Assembly: GCF_001194135.2 (NCBI RefSeq)
Contig: NC_068984.1
Coordinates: 4,684,694 to 4,748,693 of the forward strand
Length of the DNA stretch: 64,000 nt
Reading direction: 5' to 3'
From: Octopus bimaculoides
Taxonomy: Eukaryota
Below are positions 42,801-51,627 of the stretch, in pieces. Position numbers and translations under genes: made by a program. Numbering within the stretch: the first letter of the stretch is position 1; every line of letters starts with the position of its first letter. The notes below the pieces were generated by a model that was not told the DNA's origin, did not search any database, and saw nothing but the letters and a program-made list of their open reading frames with translations.

Positions 42801-44996
42801 AGATTATTATTATTGTTGTTGTTATTGATTTTCATTATGAAATTTATTTTAATGATTTAGTCTTTTAATAATAAACTAGTATCGCAGCATTTCTACTTTT
42901 TCATTCGATGCAATTTGTTTATTTGTTTATTTGTGTTGTTGCTGTTGTTGTTTATATTTGTTGTTGTTGTTGTTGTTAATTATAAGCTTGATTACTTCTG
43001 CTGCAATTGGTCTGTCGTCAATGCTGGTTGTTGATGTGAAAAATTTAAAATGTTGAATTCTCTGTGACCATTACCAATCATTAACTAACATCCCAACCAC
43101 CACCACCACCAGTAGCAGCAGTGCTTCCCCCATTGTTATTATTTTCCATTACCACCACCACCACCACCAACACCAACATTATCTTACACCACCACCACTA
43201 CCAACAACAACATTATCGCCACCAAGAAACAGGTCTACACTGCCATCATCCCCACCACTACCACCACCACCACTATTACCACCATTCCCACCGCCATCAT
43301 CACCACCACCACCACCAATACTACTGCTATCATCATTATAACCCCCACCACCACCACCGCCAGCTCTACATCATTAACCTAAGATGACCCCGACACATTG
43401 CTCTGGGTGTTTATGTTGAAATGTTACTCTTTCAGTCTCCAAACCGAACTGGAACCCCTCCAAGTGATTTCGAGTCCGAACATGATGAATTAGTTAACCG
43501 TCTGGCTGCATCACAGCAACAGAAATGGACTTTAGAGGAGAAGGTGAGTGGAGGAAGTTGACCAACGTCTTGATTTTTCACTCCAGCATTAGATCAGACT
43601 TCAACCGGGTTTATGGAAATTGAATCTTTTATATAATATTTTTACAGGCAGAAGGTGTCCCTTGGTAACCCCCTCCTTGTCTTCCACTCATTGCTTTAAC
43701 TCAAGAGTGGGGGAACCCCTGCCCACGGGTGCAGCTGCGTCTGCGGGCCCATTTTATTGCACTCGCAGGCTGATATACTCATATGTACAAAATATAGTAA
43801 ATTTTTCAATCATAAAAATTTATACAATATTCGTATACCTATTTGCGACATAGGTCACATACCCACTACAACTTAAAATGGTCAGAAATTGCCCAGTAAT
43901 TGCCATTTGAATGGAAATTTTATTTACATTATAAAACACATGTTGCTAGGTTTATAGCCCCTCCCCCTTTGAGACCCAACTACACTTTAGTTGAACAAAA
44001 CTGGTATGACTATTTCACTGAGGAGGTTTAATAGTACTGAAACATATCTCTAGTTATCTCCATATGGCCAGCCATTATATTATCCCTTCTGACTGTATTC
44101 ACCATATTACATTTTCAATATTTTTGGTTAATACAAATATCAAAGTTGCCTCCCTTGCTTTTCTTGACCAGAATTAATCACTATACCTATCAACATATCA
44201 ATCATCTCCAACCGTCTTCCATTCCTTGAAGTAATAAATGGTTGGACAATGTCTTGAACACATCTGTCAGTTTGTAGAACAAGGTGTCACATTTCAGAAA
44301 TATATTCTCCCTTTTTTCCAGGTTCAGCATCTTGAAGAAAGTAATGCCGCTATGTGTGAAGACCTTTTGCAGAAGTCTGCCATTATTGAGTATTATGTAA
44401 TGGATGGAAGAACAGGTGAGTTCATACAGTTTCCTTTGCCTTCCAGTCAGGTTCTGCCTTTCAGTAATTTAATATTCCCAGAGAATTTCTTTTGTTGTGT
44501 GTGGTTTTCTTTTTATATATTTTCACATTGTACTTCAATTGGTTGTTTGTTCTTTGAGTGCTATCAGGCATCATATTCCTGCAAATATTTACAATATCTC
44601 TGGACTTGCTTTGAACTCCAAATCATTTCTTTCTAATGCAGGTTTGCAATGTTCAGTCTGGGCAAAAAATAAACATATACATCTGTTTGTGTGATAACAG
44701 ATGTGTGATAACACATCTACTTTTAAGTGGGAAATAAATATCAACTTTTAGTATTTATGCTGCTTCTGTTGCTATTAATTATTTTCTAATAAGCCCATTG
44801 GCTATATGTGGCACCAATGCCTGAACAGGCACTGAGATTCTATGTCTATATAATATATTGTTAATAATCATAGGAAATTAATATCAGAAAATTCTTCAGC
44901 GAAGCATATACATGTGTATAATAATTATTGTATTAAAAATACTTATATATNNNNNNNNNNATATACATGTGTATAATAATTATTGTATTAAAAATA

Positions 44997-45031
<35 letters not shown>

Positions 45032-45181
45032 ATATCTATAAGTATAAATATATAATAATAAATGACAGTTTAAAATTAAGTTTTTAAAGCATCTTACGAT
45101 CGTTTCACAAAAGTATTGTCTCTATAATGGAATCCTGTATTGATAAACATTTATACCACTACTACTACTACCACCACCACC

Positions 45182-45212
<31 letters not shown>

Positions 45213-45937
45213 GCTTTGTTGTTTCTTTCTCCTCTCCAGATGGTATAGCAAGCCACCATAAGTCTACTGAAGAGAAATCGTCCCTGAAGAAAGTTCTGGA
45301 ATTGGTGAATCGTGGAGATGTGAATATGAAAGAAATGAACCGCAAGTTACAGAGGATGCTGGAAGAGACCTTGACCAAGAATATGCACCTGCAAAAGGTG
45401 AGAGCTTTTGTGCGATTATGTCTCCCTTTGTGTGTAGTCTTTTACTGGTTACATGTGCCCATACTGGGGCATCAAGGCGTTTTAGTCAAGCCATCTGACT
45501 GGCTCCTGTGCCGGTGGCACATAAAAAGCACCTTTCAAGCATGGCCGATGCCAGTACCACCTGACTGGCCCTCGTACTGGTGGCACGTAAAAAGCACCCC
45601 CTACTCTCTTGGAGTGGTTGGCGTTAGGAAGGGCATCCAGCCGTAGAAACTCTGCCAAATCAGATTGGAGCCTGGTGCAGCCATCTTGTTCACCAGTCCT
45701 CAGTCAAACTGTCCAACCCATGCAGCATGGAAAGCAGACGTTAAACAACGAGATATGACCCCACCCACCTCAGCACTTGTTTTAGCATTTATTTTATTGA
45801 TATCTGTTTATTCAATGGCGAAGTTAACTGCTTATTTGACACAAAGGGATGTAACTCAAAATACCACTTTACATTGGTATTCACAAATACACACATGTAC
45901 ATGCACACACACACACACACATATGGTGCTAATTACA

Positions 45938-45977
<40 letters not shown>

Positions 45978-47322
45978 CATACACACACACACACACAAAC
46001 GTGCACACACAAATGCACGCACACATACATGCACACAAACATGCATGCATGCACACATTGGCACACACACCCACACAAACATGTACACACATGTGCACAT
46101 GCATAAACATGCACACGTACACTTACACACACACAAACATGCATACACACACACACACAATTCGCATGTGACACATGGTTCTGTGCTGCAGTTTCTCTCT
46201 ACCAAATCCACTCTGAAAGCATTGAGTGATCTGGGATTTGTAGTAGAATAGAATACCCTTGCTCAAGTTACCGCACGGTGGGACTGACCCCGATGTCACA
46301 ACTGCAAAGCGAACTTCTTGAACCGACAATCAGGGGCCCAATAAAAAACTCCTTCCACAATACAGATATGAACTTCCGATCCATAAATTAGGTCCAATGT
46401 TCCAATTTGTTTCTGACGTCAACGATTTCATCTCTAAAAATAAATTAGAGGACAAACATAATTTTTCATTTATTTTCAATAAAATGTAAAAAAAATGCCC
46501 AGCGGAATATTCTGCAGAACCAGACCTTTTGTTTTATCCAAACATTTCAAATCTCTCAATTCCATCTCCATTTAACGAACCAATCTAGTGATAAACGTCT
46601 ATTTTAATTTTAACCTCTCTTATTCATTATTGTTGCTTGTTTTAACGTCATGCTTGTAATTGCAATGAAAATTTAATCCTGTCGCTCTGCTTGATTAGCA
46701 AACTTCCTTGCTGTTACATTGTTAATATGCAGATTAATAATGCAATTATAACGATATTATATTGCCAATATGCTATTATGGTTTATATTTGTGAGTTTTG
46801 TTTTCCTTCTTTCTACATTTCTTTTTTGTGTTTTCATTGGTTTATTGTGCTTGTCTTTGATATAGTATCACTGATACAAAAAAAACCTGGTTAACTATAT
46901 GATATTGCTGTGAGGATATCTCCAGGGTATAGAAATATGATACTCAACATGAAGGGGCCAAGAATGTAGGACTTACAGGTTTGGTGTTTACGTCTTACTC
47001 TGCGGACACAACTTCTTCATTCCGAGGTTTCTAGGCAGTACTCCTTCGATCCTGAGATAATCAGGACATCTGTCGAGGAAACTCCTCAATTCCATGGCAA
47101 CCAGATTACAAGCTACATATGCTTATCTTTTACTTTCTTCAGTTGTTAGACTGTGGCCATGCTGGAGCACCACCTCGACGAATTTTTAGTCAAATGCCTG
47201 AGTCCAAGTGCTTATTTGTTTTTTAAACTGGGAACTTATTTTATCAATCTTTTTTTGCCAAACTGCAAAGTTGCAGGGATGTAAACACACCAACACTGGT
47301 TGTCAAGCTGTAGTGAGGGATG

Positions 47323-47354
<32 letters not shown>

Positions 47355-49060
47355 CACACACACACACATATATATACAACAAGCTTCTTTCAGTTTCCAT
47401 CTACCAATCTACCAAATCCACTCATAAAGCTTTGGTTAACCTGGAATTATAGTAGAAAACACTTGCCTAAGGTGCCACACAATGGGACTGAACCTGCAAC
47501 CATTGGGAAGCAAGCTTCTTTCTGCCAGCCACGTCTGTGCCTCTTTCTCTCTCTCCATATACCTATAGGCGCCGGAGTGGCTGTGTGTTACATAGCTTGC
47601 TTACCAACCACATGATTCCGAAATTACTAAAATCGTATTCACTGATGAGAACTTCATGTAGCAAATTGTTTTATTTGCCAATTAGAGTTCGAAACCTAGA
47701 TATGGCTGTAAAAAAACAAGGTAAAAGTTTTTATTTTTTGTCCCTTTCGAAATTGCTCTTAAATGTGGTTTTGGATGTTTTGACTGCTCCTTCTAGCATG
47801 TAAGGCTGCCTACTAAGGGTCACCTCTTTTGTGTTTAAATGTACACTAATTTTATATATATATATCATCATTGTTTAACGTTTGCCTTCCATGCTAGCAT
47901 GGGTCGGACTGTTTCACAAGAGCCAGTGAGGCAGAAGCTTGCATCAGGCTTTTGTGTCTGTTTTGGCAGGGTTTTTACAGCTGGATGCCCTTCCAAACAC
48001 CAACCATTTTACAGGGTGGACTGGGTGCTTTTAAGTGGCATCAACACTGATAGGGTTACCAAATACTTGCAAGACGTGTGTGTGGTGGTGGTAGTGTGGT
48101 GATAAAAGTGCCTTGTGGTATTTTGTTGCATCACTTTACATTCTGAGTTCAAATCCCTCTGGTGTTGAGTTTTTTATTCATCCTTCCAAAGAACGATAAA
48201 CTTGAGTAACAGTAATATGCTGGGGTTGATTTGTTCAACCTCACCCACTAACTTTGTAACCGTCAGTATTCTCCCCCACTCCACCACCACTTGAAATTTT
48301 AATTAACATCCTGTAAAAGATATTACATTACTAATATGCTAATTAGTAATTTATCATGATGCTACAGTCGTACTTTGCATATTACTAATGTTATTGTTGC
48401 TAATTAGCATTTTAACAATGCATATGCTAATATGCTAATTCTAAACTCTACAGCTCGTTTGCATTGTAAATTATGTCAACTCACAACCTGAAGGAATATT
48501 GCATTATTAATGTTCTAATTAGCAATGTTTGTGTTAACGAGCAATCATGTGATGTTGTTAATGAATTAGTGAATTGAGTGACACAGGGAATTAATGAGGT
48601 CAACAAGAAGTTACTGGTGGAGCAAATAACAAATATTTGTCTCCTAAATCTATCATGTAATTAGTACTTTTGCTTCGTTAAGGAATTAACTGAATCCTTG
48701 ATGGTGTTGATTGGACAGGTCTTTGTCCAGTATCGTTCCAGCTATGACCATCTCATCTTATTCTTGGGCATTATGTGTCTAAGACTGTCATCTAATGTCT
48801 TTTTCAAGACAGAAGTTTGGCTGCTGTTTCTAGCAATTTGTTTGACTATGTAGGATATCTTTTATCTTTCACTTGTTTCAGTCAATAGACTGAAGCCATG
48901 CTGGAGCACTGCCTCCTGGACTTTTTAGATGAATGAATTGGTTTCATTACTTTTAATTTTTTTTTGTAAGCCTGGAACTCATTCTATCATTCTCTTTTGT
49001 CAAACCACTAAGTTACAAGGACATAAACACACCAACACTGGTTGTTAAGTGGTGATGACA

Positions 49061-49094
<34 letters not shown>

Positions 49095-51034
49095 GGGCTT
49101 CTTTCAGTTTGAGTGCTTGAGTAACACTTTATAGCTCCATCTGAGCCTTGAATTTGAGGTGCAGTTTATTTGGGAAAAAAATTACATTTAGGCGTATGAG
49201 AAGATCAATGCTGATATATATAGAGAGTTTATATACACTTTTTATTTTATTTGAGGTTCTGATGAACCTATAAGGTATTATTCAGGCACTTAACTATGAG
49301 TCCACTACATCCTGTAGCAGAAACAGCAGTAAGCTAATGCATTTCATAAGATAATCATTTATTTCTTTGGGACGAGGTGGTGAAGCATGATCTTCGAACG
49401 TTGGGCCTCATAGAGGTAACGATTAGTGATTGAGATCTTTGGCAATATGCTGTGCTTGAGAAGACCTGTCAAGCCAAGTGAAATCATAGTTGTGGCCATT
49501 GTTGGTGTCACGTAAGTGGTACCTGTGCCAGTGGCACGTAAAAAGCATCTTTCGAGCGTTGGACCTCATGGAGGTAATGACAAATGACCGAGACCGTTGG
49601 CAATATGTTAGTGTATGTCCATGTTGCATATTTTATTGATATCAATATCAGTTTTTAGTTGTTTTAAGTAGAGTTAATATTAACCCATAAAGCGTTGGAA
49701 TTTGCACTTACATAGCCTGGACTGCTGAGAAAATTTCTATGAAAATGAGACTACCATGCACACATGAAAAACAAAAAATAGTTAAAATATCTTCTTAGTA
49801 TATAAACGTAGCAAGTTTTACATCATCTGAAGGGTCATCAGTTGAACTATTAGTCCTCTTGAATTCTGGTGGATATTGGAGTGTTTGAGTGACATTAGAC
49901 CCCAACAAACGTGCATAAATTAAATGCATCTATCTGGGCCACGATTGTGGTCTGTCTACCTGTGCCTGACGGCCACGATCGTGACCCGTCGCGCTTTGTG
50001 TGTTGTTGTCAATCTAATGACACATGTGGAATAGTTGTAAACATTTTAATATTTGGATATGAATTTTTTGAGGAGCTCATATCTTCAAGCCAGGGCTTGA
50101 AGATATGAGCTCCTCAAAGAAATACCCTCTTTCGACCTGTTTTTTCCCCCACTTGTATCAGCTAAGTGGGACCACAATAAAATCTGATCTCGTTTCTTGC
50201 TCGGACAATTGTCTAAAGAAGAAACAGAGTTATCTACCTTTACCCAGACGCAATGTTTTGACTCGTTTAAATCGATGTCTTCATTTTATATTCATTAATA
50301 ATTTATAATTAATTTACTGTTATCGTTAAAATACAAATTAATATTCCCTTGTGTTTATTTTCTTTTCTTCGTTACCCCTAATTTATTCTCTGCTCTCATA
50401 ATTCATGTGGCATACCATTAAACTATCAGATATTGTCGATCACTGTTCTATACGTCACTATGCTACATTATTTCCCATAATCCATGTAGCATATCTTTTG
50501 CTTGCTCCAGTCATTGGAATGTGGCCATGCTGGGGCATCACTTCGAAGGGTTTTACACAAACAAATCTTTTGCTGAACCTCTAAGTTATGGGAAGGCAAG
50601 CACTTCAACACTGGTTGTTAAGTAGTGGTGGAGAGACAATCACACACAACGGGCTTCTACACAGTTTCCATCTACCAAATTTTCTCCTAAGGCATTGGGC
50701 AGACTGGGCCTATAGTAGAAGACATTCTCCCAAGGTACTGTGCAGAGGGATTGAACCTGGCAGCATGGCATGCTTCTTGGCCACTCAACTTCTCACAATG
50801 TTGTCCCTGTTATTCCTCCACAATCCATTTGATACTGTTTCTATTTTACTTATGATTTTATTTTCCTTTGTTTTGCAGGACCTGGAGACTTTGTCCCAAG
50901 AAGTAGTCCGATTATCGAAAACCTCATCTTTGGTTTCATCACCGACGACAGATTTGGGTGGTGACGCCAGTTTACCCCTCACCGAGCCATCGTCACATCT
51001 GAATAGCTGTCCCAGTGCAATATTAGCCCAATGA
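5827..51034 (+). CDS. GRIPAP1: GRIP1-associated protein 1 (GRASP-1) orthologue, long coiled-coil endosomal recycling factor; 26 visible coding exons, 5' end outside window
   Basis: 26 exons with canonical AG/GT and mutually consistent phases give 2447 nt in one frame ending TGA at 51032-51034. Peptides match recalled vertebrate GRIPAP1 blocks: [121 protein letters not shown]. Identity is from memory, not BLAST. Confidence 0.93.
6945..6971 (+). CDS. GRIPAP1: GRIPAP1 visible exon 2 (27-nt microexon)
   Basis: tttcag|...|gtaatt; VINKSKKAK, matches vertebrate LSKSKKAQ. Confidence 0.85.
11451..11558 (+). CDS. GRIPAP1: GRIPAP1 visible exon 3
   Basis: ttttag|...|gtgagt; [36 protein letters not shown]. 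Confidence 0.93.
11702..11921. repeat. (CAT/CAC)n trinucleotide microsatellite, representative of dozens of CA, TA, CT, AAT, CAT and TACA tracts
   Basis: Direct inspection; these tracts account for most ORFs in the supplied track. Confidence 0.95.
12174..12336 (+). CDS. GRIPAP1: GRIPAP1 visible exon 4
   Basis: ttgcag|...|gtttct; [54 protein letters not shown]; phase 0 to 1. Confidence 0.88.
13646..13691 (-). ncRNA. Degenerate hammerhead motif, family A copy 1
   Basis: GACAC-CUAAUGA-A-GGCUG..CAGCC-GAAA-UGU-U-GUGUU; G5>A core lesion. Confidence 0.65.
13916..13958 (+). ncRNA. Degenerate hammerhead motif, family A copy 2
   Basis: GACAU-CUGAUGA-A-GGCUG..CAGUC-GAAA-CGUGUU; 3-nt deletion around the cleavage site. 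Confidence 0.65.
14324..14465 (+). CDS. GRIPAP1: GRIPAP1 visible exon 5
   Basis: ttgcag|...|gtaagt; [47 protein letters not shown]; phase 1 to 2. Confidence 0.8.
14470..15260 (+). mobile_element. Helitron 3' fragment (Pif1 helicase C-terminus, internal degenerate ~90-bp repeats, 3' hairpin + CTAG|T)
   Basis: [31 protein letters not shown] matches Helitron helicase motif VI. The element ends taccgggcaacgccgggta-cctctg-CTAG|T. Confidence 0.85.
15442..15476 (+). CDS. GRIPAP1: GRIPAP1 visible exon 6 (35-nt microexon)
   Basis: attcag|...|gtgagt; [12 protein letters not shown]; needed to reconcile phase 2 (14465) with phase 1 (16718). Confidence 0.75.
15791..15978. repeat. Near-perfect 188-bp palindrome with no loop
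   Basis: Centre GG|CC at 15885/15886; arms 95 and 93 nt with one mismatch and two 1-nt indels. Confidence 0.95.
16147..16613 (+). mobile_element. Second copy of the same R4/Dong-like LINE 3' end
   Basis: [23 protein letters not shown]..; same 3' end aataaactgaataatgaca followed by (TACA)n. Confidence 0.75.
16718..16789 (+). CDS. GRIPAP1: GRIPAP1 visible exon 7
   Basis: ttacag|...|gtaagt; [24 protein letters not shown]; phase 1 to 1. Confidence 0.78.
17139..17209 (+). CDS. GRIPAP1: GRIPAP1 visible exon 8
   Basis: ttccag|...|gtaaga; [24 protein letters not shown]. Confidence 0.85.
17334..17413 (+). CDS. GRIPAP1: GRIPAP1 visible exon 9
   Basis: ttgtag|...|gtaaat; [26 protein letters not shown]. 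Confidence 0.88.
17949..17996 (+). CDS. GRIPAP1: GRIPAP1 visible exon 10
   Basis: ttacag|...|gtaagt; [16 protein letters not shown]; phase 2 to 2. Confidence 0.87.
   Translation, partial: LCSFTRRERNVFQGG
19080..19179 (+). CDS. GRIPAP1: GRIPAP1 visible exon 11
   Basis: ttgaag|...|gttggt; [34 protein letters not shown]. Confidence 0.85.
19517..19554 (-). ncRNA. Hammerhead-like motif with U6 core (family E copy 2)
   Basis: UCUUU-CUGUGGA-A-GAGU(AUAG)GCUC-GAAA-CAU-U-AAAGA, within a repeat (19432-19610) inserted in (TA)n. Confidence 0.6.
19970..20074 (+). promoter_or_regulatory. Doubled E-box (CLEAR/USF-type) + YY1-like composite motif in intron 11
   Basis: GTCACGTGAC-AAAATGGCG (19970-19988) and TCACGTGAC-AATATGGCG (20057-20074). 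Confidence 0.4.
20813..20890 (+). CDS. GRIPAP1: GRIPAP1 visible exon 12
   Basis: tttaag|...|gtaaga; [26 protein letters not shown]. Confidence 0.85.
22044..22311 (+). repeat. Five-copy 53-57-bp tandem repeat containing the exon-13 splice acceptor
   Basis: TAG|ATYGATG recurs with AG at 22082, 22135, 22190, 22247 and 22302. Confidence 0.9.
22304..22438 (+). CDS. GRIPAP1: GRIPAP1 visible exon 13
   Basis: ctgtag|...|gtaacg; [45 protein letters not shown]. Confidence 0.86.
23955..24245 (-). mobile_element. Tx1/L1-like ORF2 fragment (pre-RT region)
   Basis: [54 protein letters not shown] resembles the KSPGxDGLPxEFY motif. Confidence 0.7.
26999..27230 (-). mobile_element. tRNA SINE with Meta/MESC-like core (other copies about 12430-12885, 25265-25605, 61770-61970)
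   Basis: Core gactttgcctttcatcctttcggggtcgataaa..agtaccag; superfamily name from recall. Confidence 0.7.
27983..28272 (-). mobile_element. tRNA-headed SINE-like element with hammerhead-containing Penelope-like tail (family A, apparently full length)
   Basis: Minus strand: A box TAGCATAGTGG (28260-28250), B box GAGTTCGATTCC (28217-28206), (AAT/AAC)n, then a tail with the hammerhead. Same head/tail junction at 13576-14037; head-only copy at 32860-32933. Confidence 0.75.
28072..28117 (-). ncRNA. Type I hammerhead ribozyme motif, family A copy 3
   Basis: GACAC-CUGAUGA-A-GGCUG(GAGGGUAUAU)CAGCC-GAAA-CAU-U-GUGUU. Stems I and II pair; stem III ACAU is a CpG-decayed ACGU. Confidence 0.8.
29100..29430 (+). 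mobile_element. Possible RTE-like LINE C-terminal fragment
   Basis: [22 protein letters not shown]2H2-like finger at 29352-29413. Confidence 0.4.
30077..30172 (+). CDS. GRIPAP1: GRIPAP1 visible exon 14
   Basis: ttgcag|...|gtaaga; [32 protein letters not shown]. Confidence 0.85.
30622..30960 (+). mobile_element. CORE-type tRNA SINE with internal microsatellite (representative; other copies about 40-182, 1082-1847, 5172-5690, 10220-10610, 36668-36830, 41825-42250, 47125-47530, 59780-60190, 60590-61075)
   Basis: A/B boxes plus the CORE-like block cttgggcaagtgtctt; shared tail gataagaataagtac..ccagcatggccgcagtc. Confidence 0.85.
31420..31566 (+). CDS. GRIPAP1: GRIPAP1 visible exon 15
   Basis: ttgcag|...|gtattt; [49 protein letters not shown]. 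Confidence 0.92.
31883..32105. mobile_element. piggyBac-like MITE (related copies at 9595-9946 and 55049-55263)
   Basis: TTAA|CCCTTT..AAAGG(G/T)|TTAA termini. Confidence 0.6.
32289..32402 (+). CDS. GRIPAP1: GRIPAP1 visible exon 16
   Basis: gtttag|...|gtttgt; [38 protein letters not shown]. Confidence 0.9.
32860..32933 (+). mobile_element. Family A tRNA-like head only, interrupted by a Ceph-type repeat at its microsatellite
   Basis: tggtgtagtggttaagagcatgggctagtaaccccaagattttaagtttgattccaagcagtgacctgaataat matches the 28190-28262 head. Confidence 0.75.
34736..34846 (+). CDS. GRIPAP1: GRIPAP1 visible exon 17
   Basis: ttttag|...|gtattc; [37 protein letters not shown]. Confidence 0.87.
35829..35903 (+). 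CDS. GRIPAP1: GRIPAP1 visible exon 18
   Basis: (ct)n-gcag|...|gttagt; [25 protein letters not shown]. Confidence 0.86.
36464..36520 (+). CDS. GRIPAP1: GRIPAP1 visible exon 19
   Basis: ttccag|...|gtaaat; [19 protein letters not shown]. Confidence 0.9.
39348..39447 (+). CDS. GRIPAP1: GRIPAP1 visible exon 20
   Basis: tttcag|...|gtaagt; [33 protein letters not shown]. Confidence 0.95.
40035..40086 (+). CDS. GRIPAP1: GRIPAP1 visible exon 21
   Basis: ttgcag|...|gtaggc; [17 protein letters not shown]; phase 1 to 2. Confidence 0.82.
40525..40810 (-). mobile_element. Ceph-domain/RTE-related repeat with (GAT)n tail (other copies about 897-1060, 1855-2100, 25635-25997, 32935-33170, 45490-45750)
   Basis: Shared tggttggcgttaggaagggcatccagctgtagaaa block and 3' end aaagcggacgttaaacgatgatga. 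Confidence 0.7.
41336..41393 (+). CDS. GRIPAP1: GRIPAP1 visible exon 22
   Basis: cgtcag|...|gtaagt; [20 protein letters not shown]; phase 2 to 0. Confidence 0.85.
43436..43543 (+). CDS. GRIPAP1: GRIPAP1 visible exon 23
   Basis: tttcag|...|gtgagt; [36 protein letters not shown]. Confidence 0.92.
44322..44415 (+). CDS. GRIPAP1: GRIPAP1 visible exon 24
   Basis: ttccag|...|gtgagt; [31 protein letters not shown]. Confidence 0.95.
45240..45397 (+). CDS. GRIPAP1: GRIPAP1 visible exon 25
   Basis: ctccag|...|gtgaga; [53 protein letters not shown]. Confidence 0.95.
47638..47705 (+). ncRNA. Type I hammerhead-like motif with extended stem II (family B)
   Basis: UCA-CUGAUGA-GAACU..GCAAAU(UGUUUU)AUUUGC..AGUUC-GAAA-CCUAGAU-A-UGG. 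Confidence 0.65.
50067..50118. repeat. Perfect 24-25-bp-arm hairpin
   Basis: tttgaggagctcatatcttcaagc-cagg-gcttgaagatatgagctcctcaaa. Confidence 0.95.
50879..51034 (+). CDS. GRIPAP1: GRIPAP1 last coding exon
   Basis: ttgcag|[54 protein letters not shown]. Confidence 0.93.
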   Translation, partial: DLETLSQEVVRLSKTSSLVSSPTTDLGGDASLPLTEPSSHLNSCPSAILAQ

Positions 51035-51369
51035 AGCTGAAAACCATGTACACACACACACAAACACACACACACAAAATTTCTTTCCTACTTTTACAAA
51101 TGTCAAAATATTTCAACACCAACCAACCAACCACACATGTGTATATATATAAATATATATAGCAAAAACAACAGTAGCACCTCCCCCTATTTTCTTTGTA
51201 CATACATTTCATAGAGTTTTGTTATGTATATATATATATAAAACGTTCTGTACATATCGCTAGTGTGGATATTGCATCATAATGTTAGCTGATTACACCC
51301 CCACACACACACACACACACACGTTATGTCTACATTACATGTTGGCAAAAAAATTTACCTCTTTCTGTG

Positions 51370-51417
<48 letters not shown>

Positions 51418-51596
51418 CAATAATATATGTAGGTATGTATGTGTATTAGCCTGTGCACACATGTATATACATACGCATATACATACGTACATACACACAT
51501 GTATACATACATATGTATATTACATACGTACGTATGTGAGATGTAGCTAAGTTTATAAATCTCAGGAGAATCTTCCATTCAATTGGAGTAGTAGTA

Positions 51597-51627
<31 letters not shown>

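Noticed and set aside
44906-45005. Exact 45-bp direct repeat
   Set aside because: The copies flank a 10-N gap; almost certainly an unmerged contig overlap.
49259-49285. CTGATGA-ACCT-ATA-AGGT
   Set aside because: A stem II is possible but no GAAA follows.
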